In this document: positions 10,024 through 21,039 of the stretch, piece by piece
How the letters are laid out: each line of letters opens with the position of its first letter
Numbering within the stretch: the first letter of the stretch is position 1
NCBI GenBank assembly: GCA_012518035.1
Contig: JAAYTL010000001.1
Location: 20,374-84,373 of the forward strand
DNA: 64,000 nt
Source: Tissierellia bacterium
Lineage (GTDB): Bacteria; Bacillota; Clostridia; Tissierellales; Tissierellaceae
Direction: 5' to 3'
Program-made: the position numbers and the translations under genes
The notes under the pieces: model-generated
The model's input: the letters and a program-made list of their open reading frames with translations, nothing else
What the model was told of the DNA's origin: nothing
Databases searched by the model: none

Positions 10024-11238
10024 ATGAATGAAGATTTTATTCAAGCCCTTCATGAAATTGAAAAGGAAAAGGGAATTTCAAAGGACATAATCTTTGAGGC
10101 TTTAGAATCCGCCCTTATATCTAGCTATAAGAAGAATTTTGGTTCTGCGCAAAATGTTGTTATAGATATAGACAGGGAGACTGGGCTTACTAAGGTCCTG
10201 GCACTAAAGGAAGTAGTAGAAGAGGTAGAAAATGAAAACCTTGAAATAGGGTTGGAAGAAGCAAAGGAAATAGATGACAAGTATAGCCTAGGTGATATAG
10301 TTTCTATAGAGATTACACCTAAGGATTTCGGGCGGATAGCTGCACAAACTGCCAAGCAGGTTGTAATCCAAAGGATTAAAGACGCCGAAAGAGATGTTAT
10401 CTATGAGGAGTTTATAAACAGAGAAAATGAAATAATAACTGGGATGATTCAAAGGATTTCAAAGAATAATGTTTTTATCGATTTAGGAAAAACAGAAGGA
10501 ATTCTACCCCCATCAGAGCAGATTGAAGGCGAGGTCTATCAGCAATCAGGAAGACTTAAACTACTTATTGTAGAAGTAAAAAAGACCACCAAGGGGCCTC
10601 AGGTTATCCTATCCAGATCCCATCCAGGCCTGGTAAAGAGATTGTTCGAATTAGAAGTGCCAGAAATCAGTGATGGAATAGTAGAAATATTTTCAGTTGC
10701 CAGGGAGGCAGGTTCCAGAACCAAGGTGGCGGTATTCTCTAAGGATCCAGACGTAGACCCCTTGGGAGCATGTGTAGGTTTTAAGGGCAGCAGGGTAAAG
10801 GCTATTGTGGATGAGTTGAATGGAGAGAAGCTAGATGTTGTAATCTGGAGCAAGAATATCGCTGAATTTATAGCTAATAGTCTGAGCCCATCTAAGGTAC
10901 TTAAGGTTGATATAGATGAAAAGGAGAAATCTGCTACAGTAGTGGTTCCTGATTATCAATTATCCCTGGCCATAGGAAAGGAAGGACAAAATGCCCGCTT
11001 AGCTGCAAAACTGACCAATTGGAAAATCGACATAAAGTCTGAGACCCAATACGCAGAGGAAAAAGCAGCTTTAGAGGAAAGAGCAGAAGACTCGGTGGAT
11101 GATACCTTGATAGAAGATCTTGATGAAACTATAAATGATTCAATTGAAGAAGTCCTAGATAAATCAATTGATAAAGAATTATATCAAGAAATAAATGAGG
11201 GTGATGAGTATGAAGAAAAAGAGGAAGATTCCTATTAG
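10024..11238 (+). CDS. nusA: transcription termination/antitermination factor NusA
   Basis: S1 and two KH regions (SRSHPGLVKRLFELEVPEI, GACVGFKGSRVKAI, AIGKEGQNARLAAKLT) and an acidic tail. Confidence 0.95.
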   Translation: MNEDFIQALHEIEKEKGISKDIIFEALESALISSYKKNFGSAQNVVIDIDRETGLTKVLALKEVVEEVENENLEIGLEEAKEIDDKYSLGDIVSIEITPKDFGRIAAQTAKQVVIQRIKDAERDVIYEEFINRENEIITGMIQRISKNNVFIDLGKTEGILPPSEQIEGEVYQQSGRLKLLIVEVKKTTKGPQVILSRSHPGLVKRLFELEVPEISDGIVEIFSVAREAGSRTKVAVFSKDPDVDPLGACVGFKGSRVKAIVDELNGEKLDVVIWSKNIAEFIANSLSPSKVLKVDIDEKEKSATVVVPDYQLSLAIGKEGQNARLAAKLTNWKIDIKSETQYAEEKAALEERAEDSVDDTLIEDLDETINDSIEEVLDKSIDKELYQEINEGDEYEEKEEDSY

Positions 11239-11503
11239 GAAATGCATAGCCTGTGGCGAAGGCAGGCCTAAAAAGGAACTTATTAGAATAGTTAAGACAG
11301 CTGAGGATGGTGTAAAGGTTGATTTAACCGGAAAGGTTAACGGCAGAGGGGCCTATATATGCCCCAGAATTGAATGTTATGAATCCATAATCAAAACAAA
11401 GAAGCTTTCAAGGCATCTTGATACGGAAGTAACTAATGAACTTTACGAGGAATTAAAGAAGGTAGTCGAGGGTTTTGAGCAGGAGGGGAACACCTTGAAA
11501 TAA
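11210..11503 (+). CDS. ylxR: YlxR/DUF448 RNA-binding protein
   Basis: RKCIACGEGRPKKELIRIV motif. SD GAGGGTGA precedes ATG 11210. Overlaps the nusA 3' end. Confidence 0.85.
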   Translation: MKKKRKIPIRKCIACGEGRPKKELIRIVKTAEDGVKVDLTGKVNGRGAYICPRIECYESIIKTKKLSRHLDTEVTNELYEELKKVVEGFEQEGNTLK

Positions 11504-11520
11504 TATAGGGGGTGCGTTAT

Positions 11521-13551
11521 ATGGCAAAAATTAGAGTGTATGAATTAGCTAAAGAGCTAAATATCTCAAGTAAGGAGCTTATTGAAAAACTAGGTGACTT
11601 GGATGTTTCCATAAGTAGTCACATGAGCTCCATTGAAGAAGAGGAGGCAGACCTAATAAGGGATTTATTTAAAGAATCTAAGGAGGATACATCTCCTAAA
11701 AAGGTAGAAGATAAAAATATGGGTGTGAAAAAAGAAGAAAGTAATGAGGAGCCAGTTGAAGAAGGACCCAGCATAGAACTTAGTGGGGATATTATAGTAA
11801 AAGATTTGGCTGATCAACTAAATGCTCAGGTATCCCAGGTAATTACGAAATTGATTTCCTTGGGAGTAATGGCTAGTCAAAATCAAGAGATTGATTTTGA
11901 TACTGCCCAAATTATTGCAGAAGAATTTGGGTATAAGGTTATACTAAGAGATACAGAAGATGATGAAGTAGATGAGGCAGAAGAAACTGAAGAAATGATA
12001 GCTGAATTCCAATTGGACTATGAAGATGACCCTAAGGATATGGTGACAAGACCACCAGTGGTAACTGTAATGGGACACGTCGACCATGGTAAGACCTCCT
12101 TGTTGGATGCTATAAGGCATACTAGTGTTACTGAAGGAGAAGCTGGGGGTATTACACAACATATAGGTGCTTATTCTGTCAAGGTTAATGATAAGAAGGT
12201 AGTATTCTTAGATACACCTGGCCATGAAGCCTTTACTTCTATGAGGGCTAGAGGGGCTAGTATAACAGACATAGCTGTCCTAGTTGTAGCTGCTGATGAT
12301 GGTGTTATGCCCCAAACCATAGAGGCTATTAACCACGCTAGGGCTGCTGGTGTACCTATTATTGTAGCTATAAATAAGATAGATAAACCAACGGCTAATG
12401 TAGAAAGATTAAAACAAGAGCTAACTGAAAATGGTTTATTACCTGAAGATTGGGGTGGAGACACCATAACTGTTCCTGTATCAGCCAAACAAAGGGAAAA
12501 TATCGGAGAATTATTGGATATGATTCTCTTAGTAGCTGAAATGGAAGAATTGAAGGCCAACCCCAACAGAAATGCTGTTGGTACAATTATAGAGGCTCAA
12601 TTGGATAAGGGTAAGGGCCCCCTTGCAACTGTCCTGGTTCAAAAAGGAACCCTATCCACAGGAGATATGGTTGTTTCTGGAACTGCTAGCGGTAGGATTA
12701 GGGCCATGATAGATGATAAGGGTAATAGGGTTGATAAGGCTGGACCATCTACACCTGTGGTAATACTAGGACTTTCTGAGGTACCAGAGGCTGGAGACCA
12801 ATTATTTGCTGTTGAAAATGAGAGAATTGCCAGGACCTATGCTGAAAGAATTAAGGAAATGCAAAGGGAAAGACAATTAAAGGCAACCAGCAAATCCCAG
12901 GTATCCCTTGATGATTTATTTGAGCAAATTAAAGAAGGGGAGATCAAGGACTTAAATATAATCATTAAGGCGGATGTAAGGGGTTCTATCGAAGCCTTGA
13001 GTCAGTCCTTGGAAAAACTAGACCACGAAGAGGTCAAGATAAATATTATCCATGGTGGAGTTGGAGGTATAACTGAAAATGATATTCTCTTAGCATCTGC
13101 ATCAAATGCCATTGTTATAGGATTTAATGTTAGACCTAATCTTAATGCTATAGCCGCATCCAAGAGGGATAAAGTGGATGTCAGGACCTATAGGGTCATC
13201 TATGAAGCCATAGAAGATATAGAGAAGGCTGTTAAGGGTATGTTAGCACCTACCATCGTGGAAGAAGTTCTGGGAAGGGCTGAAGTTAGGGCTACATTTA
13301 GGCTACCTAACAACTCTACCGTTGCTGGTATCTACGTGCTAGATGGTAAGATTACTCGTAATGCACAAGTAAGGCTATTAAGGGATGATATTGTGATATT
13401 TGAAGGCGGTATTTCTTCACTTAAGAGGTTCAAGGACGATGTTAGGGAGGTAGCATCTGGTTATGAGGCTGGTTTAGGCCTGGAGAACTATAATGACATT
13501 AAGGAAAATGACATGATAGAAGCATTTATTTTAAAAGAGGTAGAAAGATAG
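11521..13551 (+). CDS. infB: translation initiation factor IF-2
   Basis: G-domain [39 protein letters not shown] precedes ATG 11521. Confidence 0.96.
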   Translation: MAKIRVYELAKELNISSKELIEKLGDLDVSISSHMSSIEEEEADLIRDLFKESKEDTSPKKVEDKNMGVKKEESNEEPVEEGPSIELSGDIIVKDLADQLNAQVSQVITKLISLGVMASQNQEIDFDTAQIIAEEFGYKVILRDTEDDEVDEAEETEEMIAEFQLDYEDDPKDMVTRPPVVTVMGHVDHGKTSLLDAIRHTSVTEGEAGGITQHIGAYSVKVNDKKVVFLDTPGHEAFTSMRARGASITDIAVLVVAADDGVMPQTIEAINHARAAGVPIIVAINKIDKPTANVERLKQELTENGLLPEDWGGDTITVPVSAKQRENIGELLDMILLVAEMEELKANPNRNAVGTIIEAQLDKGKGPLATVLVQKGTLSTGDMVVSGTASGRIRAMIDDKGNRVDKAGPSTPVVILGLSEVPEAGDQLFAVENERIARTYAERIKEMQRERQLKATSKSQVSLDDLFEQIKEGEIKDLNIIIKADVRGSIEALSQSLEKLDHEEVKINIIHGGVGGITENDILLASASNAIVIGFNVRPNLNAIAASKRDKVDVRTYRVIYEAIEDIEKAVKGMLAPTIVEEVLGRAEVRATFRLPNNSTVAGIYVLDGKITRNAQVRLLRDDIVIFEGGISSLKRFKDDVREVASGYEAGLGLENYNDIKENDMIEAFILKEVER

Positions 13552-13563
13552 AGGTATATTCTT

Positions 13564-13941
13564 ATGAAAAACAAGAGAATAAATAGGATCTCAGAGGAAG
13601 TAAGAAGAGTTGTTTCAGATCTAATCCTCAACGGATTGAAGGACCCTAGAATCAGTAAGATGGCATCTGTTACCAGCGTCGAAGTAACTAGGGACCTAAG
13701 TTTTGCCAATATCTATATTTCCGTATTAGGAAATGACTTGGAGAAGGAAAATACAATCCTTGGACTTGAGAGTGCCAAGGGTTATATTAGAAATGAAATA
13801 GGTAACAGAATCGATCTAAGGCACGTACCTGAACCTATTTTCCATCTTGATGAGACTATAGAGAATGCTATGTATATGTCCGAATTAATCGATAAGGTTG
13901 CTAAGAAGGAAAAGGATACTAGAGGTAATGGGAATGAATGA
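13564..13941 (+). CDS. rbfA: ribosome-binding factor A
   Basis: RINRISEEVRRVVSDLI N-terminus and its position after infB. Confidence 0.9.
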   Translation: MKNKRINRISEEVRRVVSDLILNGLKDPRISKMASVTSVEVTRDLSFANIYISVLGNDLEKENTILGLESAKGYIRNEIGNRIDLRHVPEPIFHLDETIENAMYMSELIDKVAKKEKDTRGNGNE

Positions 13942-14911
13942 TCTAATCTTAAAATCCATGGATGAAGCAATAGAATATATCAAGAAAAGTGATAAGATAT
14001 TTATTGCTTCCCATGTAAATCCAGATGGAGACAATGTTGGCTCAAGTCTAGCCATGGCCTTGGCCTTAAAAAAGTTGAATAAGAAGGTTATTCTTTTAAA
14101 AACAGATAGCATACCTGAAGACTATATGTTTTTACCAGGTGTAGACTTATACCAAGACTATAGTGATGACTTGGGACCAGCAGATGTCTTTATCGCTCTT
14201 GATTCAAGTGATCTAGACCGTCTGGGTCAGAATAAGGAAGTATTACTCAAGGCCCATAGGGTGATCAATATTGACCATCATATTACCAGTACAAACTTTG
14301 GCCACATTAATATCGTGGATGATAAAAGTGCCGCTACAGGAGAACTAATCTTTTATTTTCTAAAGAGGATGGACATAGATATAGATAAGGATATTGCCAC
14401 CAACCTGTATACGGCTATAAACACCGATACCGGTAAGTTTTCCTATGAAAGTGTTACTAGCAAGACCCATAGGATAACTGCCGAATTAATAGATGTAGGA
14501 ATCAGTGTTAAGGATATAAATATCCAGCTTTATGAGAAATATAGCATAGAAAGAACCAGCCTTTTTATCAAGAGCTTGGGAACCTTAAATACCTATGCTA
14601 ATGATAGGATTTCTTCAGTTAAGGTTAGCCAGAGGATGTTAAGGGAAACCAATACCAGTTTTGATGACACTGAGGGAATAGTCTCCTTCCTTAGGAGTAT
14701 AGGGCCGGTTGAGGTGTCCTGTCTCTTGAAGGAAATCAAACCTGATGAAATCAAGGTGAGTCTAAGGAGCAAGGAATATGTCGATGTTTCCTCAATCTGT
14801 AAGGTGTTTGGCGGAGGCGGACATATTCGGGCTGCAGGGTGTACTATATATGAGGATTTGGATACAGCAGAATCCATAATTATCAAGGAAATAATGAAGA
14901 ATTTAAGGTGA
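13934..14911 (+). CDS. nrnA: DHH/DHHA1 phosphoesterase (NrnA-like nanoRNase/pAp phosphatase)
   Basis: SHVNPDGDNVGSSLA, NIDHH and GGGGHIRAAG motifs. ATG 13934 overlaps the rbfA stop; ATG 13928 is also possible. Confidence 0.85.
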   Translation: MNDLILKSMDEAIEYIKKSDKIFIASHVNPDGDNVGSSLAMALALKKLNKKVILLKTDSIPEDYMFLPGVDLYQDYSDDLGPADVFIALDSSDLDRLGQNKEVLLKAHRVINIDHHITSTNFGHINIVDDKSAATGELIFYFLKRMDIDIDKDIATNLYTAINTDTGKFSYESVTSKTHRITAELIDVGISVKDINIQLYEKYSIERTSLFIKSLGTLNTYANDRISSVKVSQRMLRETNTSFDDTEGIVSFLRSIGPVEVSCLLKEIKPDEIKVSLRSKEYVDVSSICKVFGGGGHIRAAGCTIYEDLDTAESIIIKEIMKNLR

Positions 14912-14915
14912 CTAA

Positions 14916-15800
14916 ATGAATGGAATAATAAATTTTAATAAGCCAAAGGGTATGACTTCCCACGATGCAGTGTATTATTTTAGGCGCTTGTTAAAGATAA
15001 AAAAAGTTGGACATACTGGAACCCTGGATCCAGATGCTACAGGAGTATTACCAATTTGTATCGGCAAGGGAACGAGGGTTTCTGAATATATATTGGATGC
15101 TGATAAGGAGTATATTGGTGTTTTAAGGTTGGGAACTGAAACCGACACCCAAGATAGTAGCGGTCAAGTTCTTCATACATCCTCCAAGAAGGTTAATGAG
15201 GACGAAATATATGTCTCCTTTAATAAGTTTAAGGGTGATATTTTACAGGTTCCACCAATGTACTCGGCGATTAAACATAAAGGCAAAAGGTTGTATGAGC
15301 TTGCCAGGGAGGGCAAGGTGGTTGAGAGAAAACCCAGGCCTGTTAAAATCTATGAGTTGAATATTCTTGAAATTAAGGGAAATAGAGAGATTACTTTCTA
15401 TACTAGATGTTCCAGGGGTACCTATATAAGAACTTTGTGTAATGATATAGGTAGAGACTTAGGAACCTATGGTCATATGTCAGGCTTGACTAGGGTAGGG
15501 GTTGGAAGTTTTAAGCTTGAAGATTCTTTTAGCATGGAGGATTTACAAGACCTTAGCCTAGATGAGATAAGGGATTTGATAATGCCCATGGATATGGCCT
15601 TAGATAAGCTAATTAGGATTGATGTTGATAAAGGATACCTTGCCAAGATTATTAATGGGGCCCTAGTACCAGTTACAGTCATAGATCCAAAGTATGGTAA
15701 TAACTATAGGGTATACTGTGACAGCAAGTTTATAGGCATAGGAAGAATTATAAGCAAGGAAGATAAACAATTCATAAAAATGGACAAAGTACTAGTTTAG
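14916..15800 (+). CDS. truB: tRNA pseudouridine-55 synthase
   Basis: GHTGTLDPDATGVLPI catalytic Asp motif. Confidence 0.94.
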   Translation: MNGIINFNKPKGMTSHDAVYYFRRLLKIKKVGHTGTLDPDATGVLPICIGKGTRVSEYILDADKEYIGVLRLGTETDTQDSSGQVLHTSSKKVNEDEIYVSFNKFKGDILQVPPMYSAIKHKGKRLYELAREGKVVERKPRPVKIYELNILEIKGNREITFYTRCSRGTYIRTLCNDIGRDLGTYGHMSGLTRVGVGSFKLEDSFSMEDLQDLSLDEIRDLIMPMDMALDKLIRIDVDKGYLAKIINGALVPVTVIDPKYGNNYRVYCDSKFIGIGRIISKEDKQFIKMDKVLV

Positions 15801-15809
15801 GGTGATGAG

Positions 15810-16724
15810 ATGGAGAAAATAAGGATAGACAACTTTAAGGAAGACAGATTTGAAACGGCTATTGCCTTAGGAAATTTTGACGGGGTACACATTGGACATA
15901 AAAAGATACTATTAAACATGGTGGAAGAGGCTAGGAAACTGAATTTAGTACCATCCATCCTACTCTTTGATAATCATTCAAAATTAACTACCAAGGGAAA
16001 GGCTCCCATGTATTTGACTATTAAGGATCAGAAGGAAGAAATAATTGAAAGTCTGGGAATTGAGACCCTCTATAATATTAAATTTGATGAAAATTTAATG
16101 AGACTGCAGCCAGAAGAGTTTGTTAAGGATATTCTAATAGATAAATTGAATACCAAGCTAATCGTTGTAGGCTTTGATTATAGATTTGGCCATAAGGCAT
16201 CTGGAGATGTAGATCTATTAAAGGAGTTAGCAAAAAAGTATGGACTAGGGGTAAAAGTCATAGAACCAATATATGTAGATGACATACTAGTTAGCAGTAC
16301 TAAGATCAGGGAGCTAATCCTAGATGGAGATCTTGAATTAGCCAATAAGATGTTAGATAGGAATTTTCAAATTTCTGGCAGGGTTATTCCAGGAAACAAG
16401 TTGGGCCGTAAGTTAGGATTTCCTACAGCAAATATTGATTTGTTGGCGGGATATCCTATACCCAAGCATGGTGTTTATAGAACTGAAACCATTATAGACG
16501 GTAAGAGATATGCAAGTGCAACAAATATAGGATATAATCAAACCTTCGACAATAAGAAGGTAAAAATAGAATGTCATATAATTGACTTCAAGGGCGATTT
16601 ATATGATAAAATAATATATATAGATTTAATTGAATTTCTAAGAGATGAAATTAAATTTGACAACCTTGATGATTTAATCATACAGATGGAGGAAGATATA
16701 AAAATCGTCCTAGCCCGACATTAA
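15810..16724 (+). CDS. ribF: bifunctional riboflavin kinase / FMN adenylyltransferase
   Basis: GNFDGVHIGH nucleotidyltransferase motif and GFPTANI kinase motif. Confidence 0.93.
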   Translation: MEKIRIDNFKEDRFETAIALGNFDGVHIGHKKILLNMVEEARKLNLVPSILLFDNHSKLTTKGKAPMYLTIKDQKEEIIESLGIETLYNIKFDENLMRLQPEEFVKDILIDKLNTKLIVVGFDYRFGHKASGDVDLLKELAKKYGLGVKVIEPIYVDDILVSSTKIRELILDGDLELANKMLDRNFQISGRVIPGNKLGRKLGFPTANIDLLAGYPIPKHGVYRTETIIDGKRYASATNIGYNQTFDNKKVKIECHIIDFKGDLYDKIIYIDLIEFLRDEIKFDNLDDLIIQMEEDIKIVLARH

Positions 16725-16726
16725 TA

Positions 16727-16755
16727 TTTACATTTAGCCAGAAGTGTGGTATTAT
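16727..16755 (+). promoter_or_regulatory. sigma-A type promoter of rpsO
   Basis: TTTACA (16727-16732), 17-nt spacer, TGg-TATTAT extended -10 (16750-16755). Confidence 0.5.
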
Positions 16756-16847
16756 TTAGAATGTAAATAACTACCTATTGCTAAGTTCTACGTTACCTCG
16801 GCGTATTACTAAGCTCTAGGTGAATAAGACTTATGGAGGTGTAGTAA

Positions 16848-17114
16848 ATGTTGACAAAGGAAATTAAGGAACAAATCATCAATGAGTACAAGTTGCACGA
16901 AGGAGACACAGGCTCACCAGAAGTACAAATTGCCCTATTAACTTATAGGATTAATTCATTGAATGAACATCTTAAAACTCATAAAAAAGACCATCATTCA
17001 AGAAGAGGCCTACTGAAGATGGTTGGACAAAGAAGAGGGCTTTTAAGATATCTACAGGAAAAAGACATCGATAGATATCGTTCATTGATTAGCAGACTAA
17101 ATATAAGAGGCTAA
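16848..17114 (+). CDS. rpsO: 30S ribosomal protein S15
   Basis: 88 aa containing [11 protein letters not shown] and [23 protein letters not shown]. Confidence 0.96.
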   Translation: MLTKEIKEQIINEYKLHEGDTGSPEVQIALLTYRINSLNEHLKTHKKDHHSRRGLLKMVGQRRGLLRYLQEKDIDRYRSLISRLNIRG

Positions 17115-17120
17115 GTATAA

Positions 17121-17151
17121 AGAGCGGGCAAGCCCGCTCTAATTATATTTT
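17121..17151 (+). terminator. rpsO terminator/attenuator ahead of pnp
   Basis: AGAGCGGG-CAAG-CCCGCTCT stem-loop 7 nt after the stop, followed by an AT-rich T tract. Confidence 0.65.
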
Positions 17152-17208
17152 ATTTAATAATGCTAAAACTAATAGTATTATATAATCTAAAGACAAAGGA
17201 GGTATTAC

Positions 17209-19323
17209 ATGGAAAGAAAATTCCAATTGGATTTGGCCGGGAGGGAGCTTACCATTACCACTGGAAAGGTTGCTGAGCAGGCCAATGGAGCTTGCATAGT
17301 ACAATATGGAGACACCGTAATCTTAGTGACTGCAACTGCTTCTAAGGAACCAAGGGAAGGGATAGATTTTTTCCCATTAAGTGTTGATTATGAAGAAAAG
17401 TTATATTCTGTAGGTAAGATTCCAGGTGGTTTTATAAAGAGGGAAGGTAGGGCTAGCGAAAAGGCCATCCTGACTGCAAGATTGATAGATAGGCCCATTA
17501 GACCTTTATTCCCTAATGGCTTTAGAAACGACGTGCAGGTTATTGCAACGGTTTTATCAGTAGACCAGGATAACTCCCCAGAGATTGCCTCCATGATTGG
17601 ATCCTCGATAGCCTTATCAATTTCAGACATACCTTTTTCAGGACCCATCGGTGCTGTTAATGTAGGTTTGATAGATGGTAAGTTTATCGTCAACCCCAAT
17701 AGTGAAGAGAGAGAAACATCTCAATTAGACCTAACTGTAGCAGGAACCAAGGATGCGATTATGATGGTAGAGGCTGGTGCCAATGTAGTAGCCGAAGAAA
17801 CCATACTTGAAGCGATTTTCTTTGCCCATGATGAAATTAAGAGAATCTGTGATTTCATCGAAGGAATTACCAAGGAAGTTGGTAAGGATAAACTTGAATT
17901 TGAGGTTTTTGTGCCTGACAAGGAACTAGAAGAAAAGATTATCGAATATGGCACTGAAAGTCTTATTGAGGCTATCAATACTGTTGAAAAACAGGAGAGG
18001 GAAGAAAAAATCGATGAAGTAAGTAATAAAATATTTGAACACTTCATTGAGGAATATCCCGATAATGAAGCCGATATTAAAGAGGTAATAGACAGTATAA
18101 TCAAGAAGGAAGTTAGAAGGCTCATTTTAGAAGGAATAAGACCTGATAATAGGAAACCAGATGAAATTAGACCTATTTCATGCGAAGTAGGAATTCTGCC
18201 TAGGACTCATGGTTCAGGTTTATTTACCAGAGGTCAAACTCAGGTTTTAACAGTTACAACTCTAGGTGCTTCATCAGATGTCCAAATCCTAGATGGACTT
18301 GGGGAAGAGGAGTCCAAGAGATACATGCACCACTATAACTTCCCACCATATTCAGTAGGTGAGACTAGGCCAATAAGAGGACCTGGTAGAAGGGAAATCG
18401 GACATGGAGCATTGGCAGAAAGAGCCCTTGAACCAGTTATTCCTTCAGTTGATGAGTTTCCTTATACCATACGTCTAGTATCTGAAGTATTGAGTTCCAA
18501 TGGTTCATCTTCCCAAGCCAGTGTTTGTGGTAGTACCCTATCATTACTAGATGCTGGAGTCCCTATTAAGGCATCAGTAGCAGGTATAGCCATGGGATTA
18601 ATCAAGGAAGAGGAGAAGACAGTTATCCTAGCAGATATCCAGGGTATGGAGGACCACTTGGGTGATATGGACTTCAAGGTGGCTGGTACTAGGGAAGGTA
18701 TTACAGCTATTCAAATGGATATCAAGATAGCTGGTATAGACAGGGAGATACTGAAAGAAGCTCTTAAAAAGGCCAGGGAAGGAAGACTTTTCATTCTATC
18801 AAAGATGGAGGAAGCCATTGCTAGTCCAAGGCCTGAACTTTCAAAATATGCTCCTAAGATATTTACAATGAACATCGATCCAGATAAGATCAGGGAAGTA
18901 ATTGGACCTGGTGGAAAGGTAATTAACAAGATCATAGATGAAACTGGAGTTAAAATAGACATCGATGACGATGGAAGGATAGATATAGCAGCTGAAAATG
19001 CTGAAAGTGGCAATAAGGCTATTAAGATGATAGAGGATATAGTAAGGGATGTTGAAGTTGGCGAAGTATATATGGGTAAGGTAGTTAAGATAACCAGCTT
19101 CGGTGCTTTCTTAGAAGTTCTTAATGGTAAGGAAGGATTGCTGCATATATCTAATATCTCCAAGGAAAGAGTAAAAAGGGTTGAAGATGTCCTCAAGGTT
19201 GGTGACGAGGTAATGGTTAAGGTTACCGATATCGACAAGCAGGGTAGAATCAATTTAAATAGAAAGGTACTTTTATCTGATGAGCCAGAAAAAGATAATG
19301 GCAATGGTAAAGGTAACAGGTAA
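17209..19323 (+). CDS. pnp: polynucleotide phosphorylase
   Basis: 704 aa with two RNase PH domains ([21 protein letters not shown]), a KH domain and an S1 domain ([20 protein letters not shown]). Confidence 0.96.
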   Translation: MERKFQLDLAGRELTITTGKVAEQANGACIVQYGDTVILVTATASKEPREGIDFFPLSVDYEEKLYSVGKIPGGFIKREGRASEKAILTARLIDRPIRPLFPNGFRNDVQVIATVLSVDQDNSPEIASMIGSSIALSISDIPFSGPIGAVNVGLIDGKFIVNPNSEERETSQLDLTVAGTKDAIMMVEAGANVVAEETILEAIFFAHDEIKRICDFIEGITKEVGKDKLEFEVFVPDKELEEKIIEYGTESLIEAINTVEKQEREEKIDEVSNKIFEHFIEEYPDNEADIKEVIDSIIKKEVRRLILEGIRPDNRKPDEIRPISCEVGILPRTHGSGLFTRGQTQVLTVTTLGASSDVQILDGLGEEESKRYMHHYNFPPYSVGETRPIRGPGRREIGHGALAERALEPVIPSVDEFPYTIRLVSEVLSSNGSSSQASVCGSTLSLLDAGVPIKASVAGIAMGLIKEEEKTVILADIQGMEDHLGDMDFKVAGTREGITAIQMDIKIAGIDREILKEALKKAREGRLFILSKMEEAIASPRPELSKYAPKIFTMNIDPDKIREVIGPGGKVINKIIDETGVKIDIDDDGRIDIAAENAESGNKAIKMIEDIVRDVEVGEVYMGKVVKITSFGAFLEVLNGKEGLLHISNISKERVKRVEDVLKVGDEVMVKVTDIDKQGRINLNRKVLLSDEPEKDNGNGKGNR

Positions 19324-19331
19324 AAAAAAGG

Positions 19332-19361
19332 CATGAACCAATTTGGTTCATGTTTATTTTT
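19332..19361 (+). terminator. pnp intrinsic terminator
   Basis: CATGAACC-AATTT-GGTTCATG followed by TTTATTTTT. Confidence 0.7.
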
Positions 19362-19417
19362 GTATAAATAATTTCCTCCTGAATATATATTAATGTATTA
19401 AGAATGGGAGGGATTAT

Positions 19418-20122
19418 ATGAGATTTATTATTCTTGGCAGAAAGACCCTGATTAGCATCCTAGTAGTAGCCTTGGTTTTGATTATTTTGCTAGTGGGGTT
19501 TTTAAGACTTAACAGGGCGAAAGAAGTCTTTAACAAGGATATCTACTATCAAGGAAGCAGGGAAGAAAAGATTGTTGCATTTGCATGTAATATAGACTGG
19601 GGAAATGAATATATAGGGGACATGTTAGATATCTTTCATGATAATAAGATTAAAATCTCCTTCTTTCCCACTGGAAGGTGGGCTGAAGAAAACAGGGATT
19701 TATTGTTAAAGATCTATAGGGCTGGCCATGAGATAGGTAATCATGGCTACAGTCATTTAGACTATGATAAGTTAGACTATGATGGTAATTATAAAGAAAT
19801 AGCCAAGGCCCACAAGGTTATTGAGGGAATCATTGATGAATCGCCTAAATACTTTGCACCTCCATCTGGAGCCTATAATGAATTTACTATTCAGGCTGCC
19901 AGGAATCTAGGATATAAGACAATCCTATGGAGCATAGATACCATTGATTGGAGGGAAGATAGCCATAAGGATTTGATAGTTAGTAGGGTGATTGAGAAAA
20001 TACACAAGTCAGCCATTGTCCTTATGCATCCCACTGATGAGACAAGAAAGGCCTTGCCAGAAATCATAAATAAGCTATATGAAATGGGTTATAAAATTGG
20101 TAGAATAAGTGATATAATCTAA
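19418..20122 (+). CDS. polysaccharide deacetylase family protein (YlxY/PdaB-like, sporulation-associated)
   Basis: N-terminal TM and a NodB domain with GHEIGNHGYSH. Occupies the ylxY position after pnp as in Bacillus. Confidence 0.82.
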   Translation: MRFIILGRKTLISILVVALVLIILLVGFLRLNRAKEVFNKDIYYQGSREEKIVAFACNIDWGNEYIGDMLDIFHDNKIKISFFPTGRWAEENRDLLLKIYRAGHEIGNHGYSHLDYDKLDYDGNYKEIAKAHKVIEGIIDESPKYFAPPSGAYNEFTIQAARNLGYKTILWSIDTIDWREDSHKDLIVSRVIEKIHKSAIVLMHPTDETRKALPEIINKLYEMGYKIGRISDII

Positions 20123-20155
20123 GATATATATGACAACTAGAGATGAGGTGGTAAA

Positions 20156-20587
20156 ATGAAAATCAAGGTTATAAATGAAAGTCCCTTTCCCCTTCCTTCA
20201 TATGAGACAAGTGGTTCTGCTGGGATGGATTTAAGGGCATTTATAAGTGAGCCCATTGAGTTAAAACCTTTTAGTAGGGCCTTGGTACCAACTGGCCTTT
20301 ATCTATCCATACCAAGGGGATATGAGGCCCAAATTAGGGGTAGAAGTGGACTAGCCCTTAAGTATGGTATTACCTTAGCCAATGGAGTAGGTACTATTGA
20401 TAGTGACTACCGGGGAGAAATCAAGGTCATACTTATAAATCTTGGTGAAGAGGTCTTTATTATTAATAATGGAGATAGAATTGCACAATTAATCCTGGCC
20501 AAATATGAAGAAATTGAGTTTCAAGAAGTTGACTCCTTGGAAGAGACTTCCAGAGGGACAGGTGGATTTGGACATACTGGACTGTAG
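20156..20587 (+). CDS. dut: dUTP diphosphatase
   Basis: GSAGMDLRA and [12 protein letters not shown] motifs. Confidence 0.93.
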   Translation: MKIKVINESPFPLPSYETSGSAGMDLRAFISEPIELKPFSRALVPTGLYLSIPRGYEAQIRGRSGLALKYGITLANGVGTIDSDYRGEIKVILINLGEEVFIINNGDRIAQLILAKYEEIEFQEVDSLEETSRGTGGFGHTGL

Positions 20588-20684
20588 GAATAGCTTAATC
20601 TCATATAAGATATTATCATAATTGATAATGAATATTTACTTAATTATTACATATAGTTTAGTAAAAGGTCATGGGGTGAAAAAT

Positions 20685-20924
20685 ATGAGATTAAGTGAGT
20701 TAGGAGATAAGGAGATTGTAAATTTAAACAATGGTGCTAGACTTGGTCTCCTTTATGATGCAGATATTATCTTTGACGAAGAGACAGGTAAGATTATATC
20801 TCTGATTGCGCCGGATAGGAAGCTAAGCCTTAAACTGCTGGGAATAGAGAGTAATGGAATGGAGATTCCATGGACTGCAATTAGAAAGATTGGTCATGAT
20901 ATGATAATTATCGAAATGGACTAA
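20685..20924 (+). CDS. YlmC/YmxH family PRC-barrel sporulation protein
   Basis: [22 protein letters not shown]-terminus typical of YlmC/YmxH. SD GGGGTG precedes ATG 20685. Confidence 0.8.
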   Translation: MRLSELGDKEIVNLNNGARLGLLYDADIIFDEETGKIISLIAPDRKLSLKLLGIESNGMEIPWTAIRKIGHDMIIIEMD

Positions 20925-20935
20925 TAAAGAATTTT

Positions 20936-20970
20936 TGAAAAAACATTGCTTCAATGTTTTTTCTTTTTTA
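20936..20970 (+). terminator. intrinsic terminator after the ymxH-like gene
   Basis: GAAAAAACATTG-CTT-CAATGTTTTTTC followed by a T run. It lies inside the ORF-track extension of the next gene. Confidence 0.65.
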
Positions 20971-21039
20971 TATAAAATGTATGATATACCTTCCTATAGT
21001 AAAAGATATACTTATGAAAATCTATTGGGAGGAAGAGAG

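Noticed and set aside
18711-19334. Long antisense ORFs in the track. Examples: 207 aa opposite pnp; 49607-50083 opposite the ispH/rpsA acidic linker; 40120-40518 and 41736-42107 opposite mutL/mutS; 3183-3593 opposite rseP; 31000-31395 opposite rny; 6369-6758 opposite polC.
   Set aside because: Each lies wholly inside a gene with unmistakable family motifs on the other strand. Each has S/L/I-rich low-complexity composition, the mirror image of K/E/D-rich coding sequence, and lacks an SD. They are by-products of codon bias in an AT-rich genome.
20612-20640. Fur/PerR/Zur box upstream of the ymxH-like gene.
   Set aside because: Alignment by eye to the 19-bp Fur consensus gives only about 12 of 19 matches. 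The half-site arrangement (ATTATCA-N4-TGATAAT) is not the 7-1-7 Fur-family operator.
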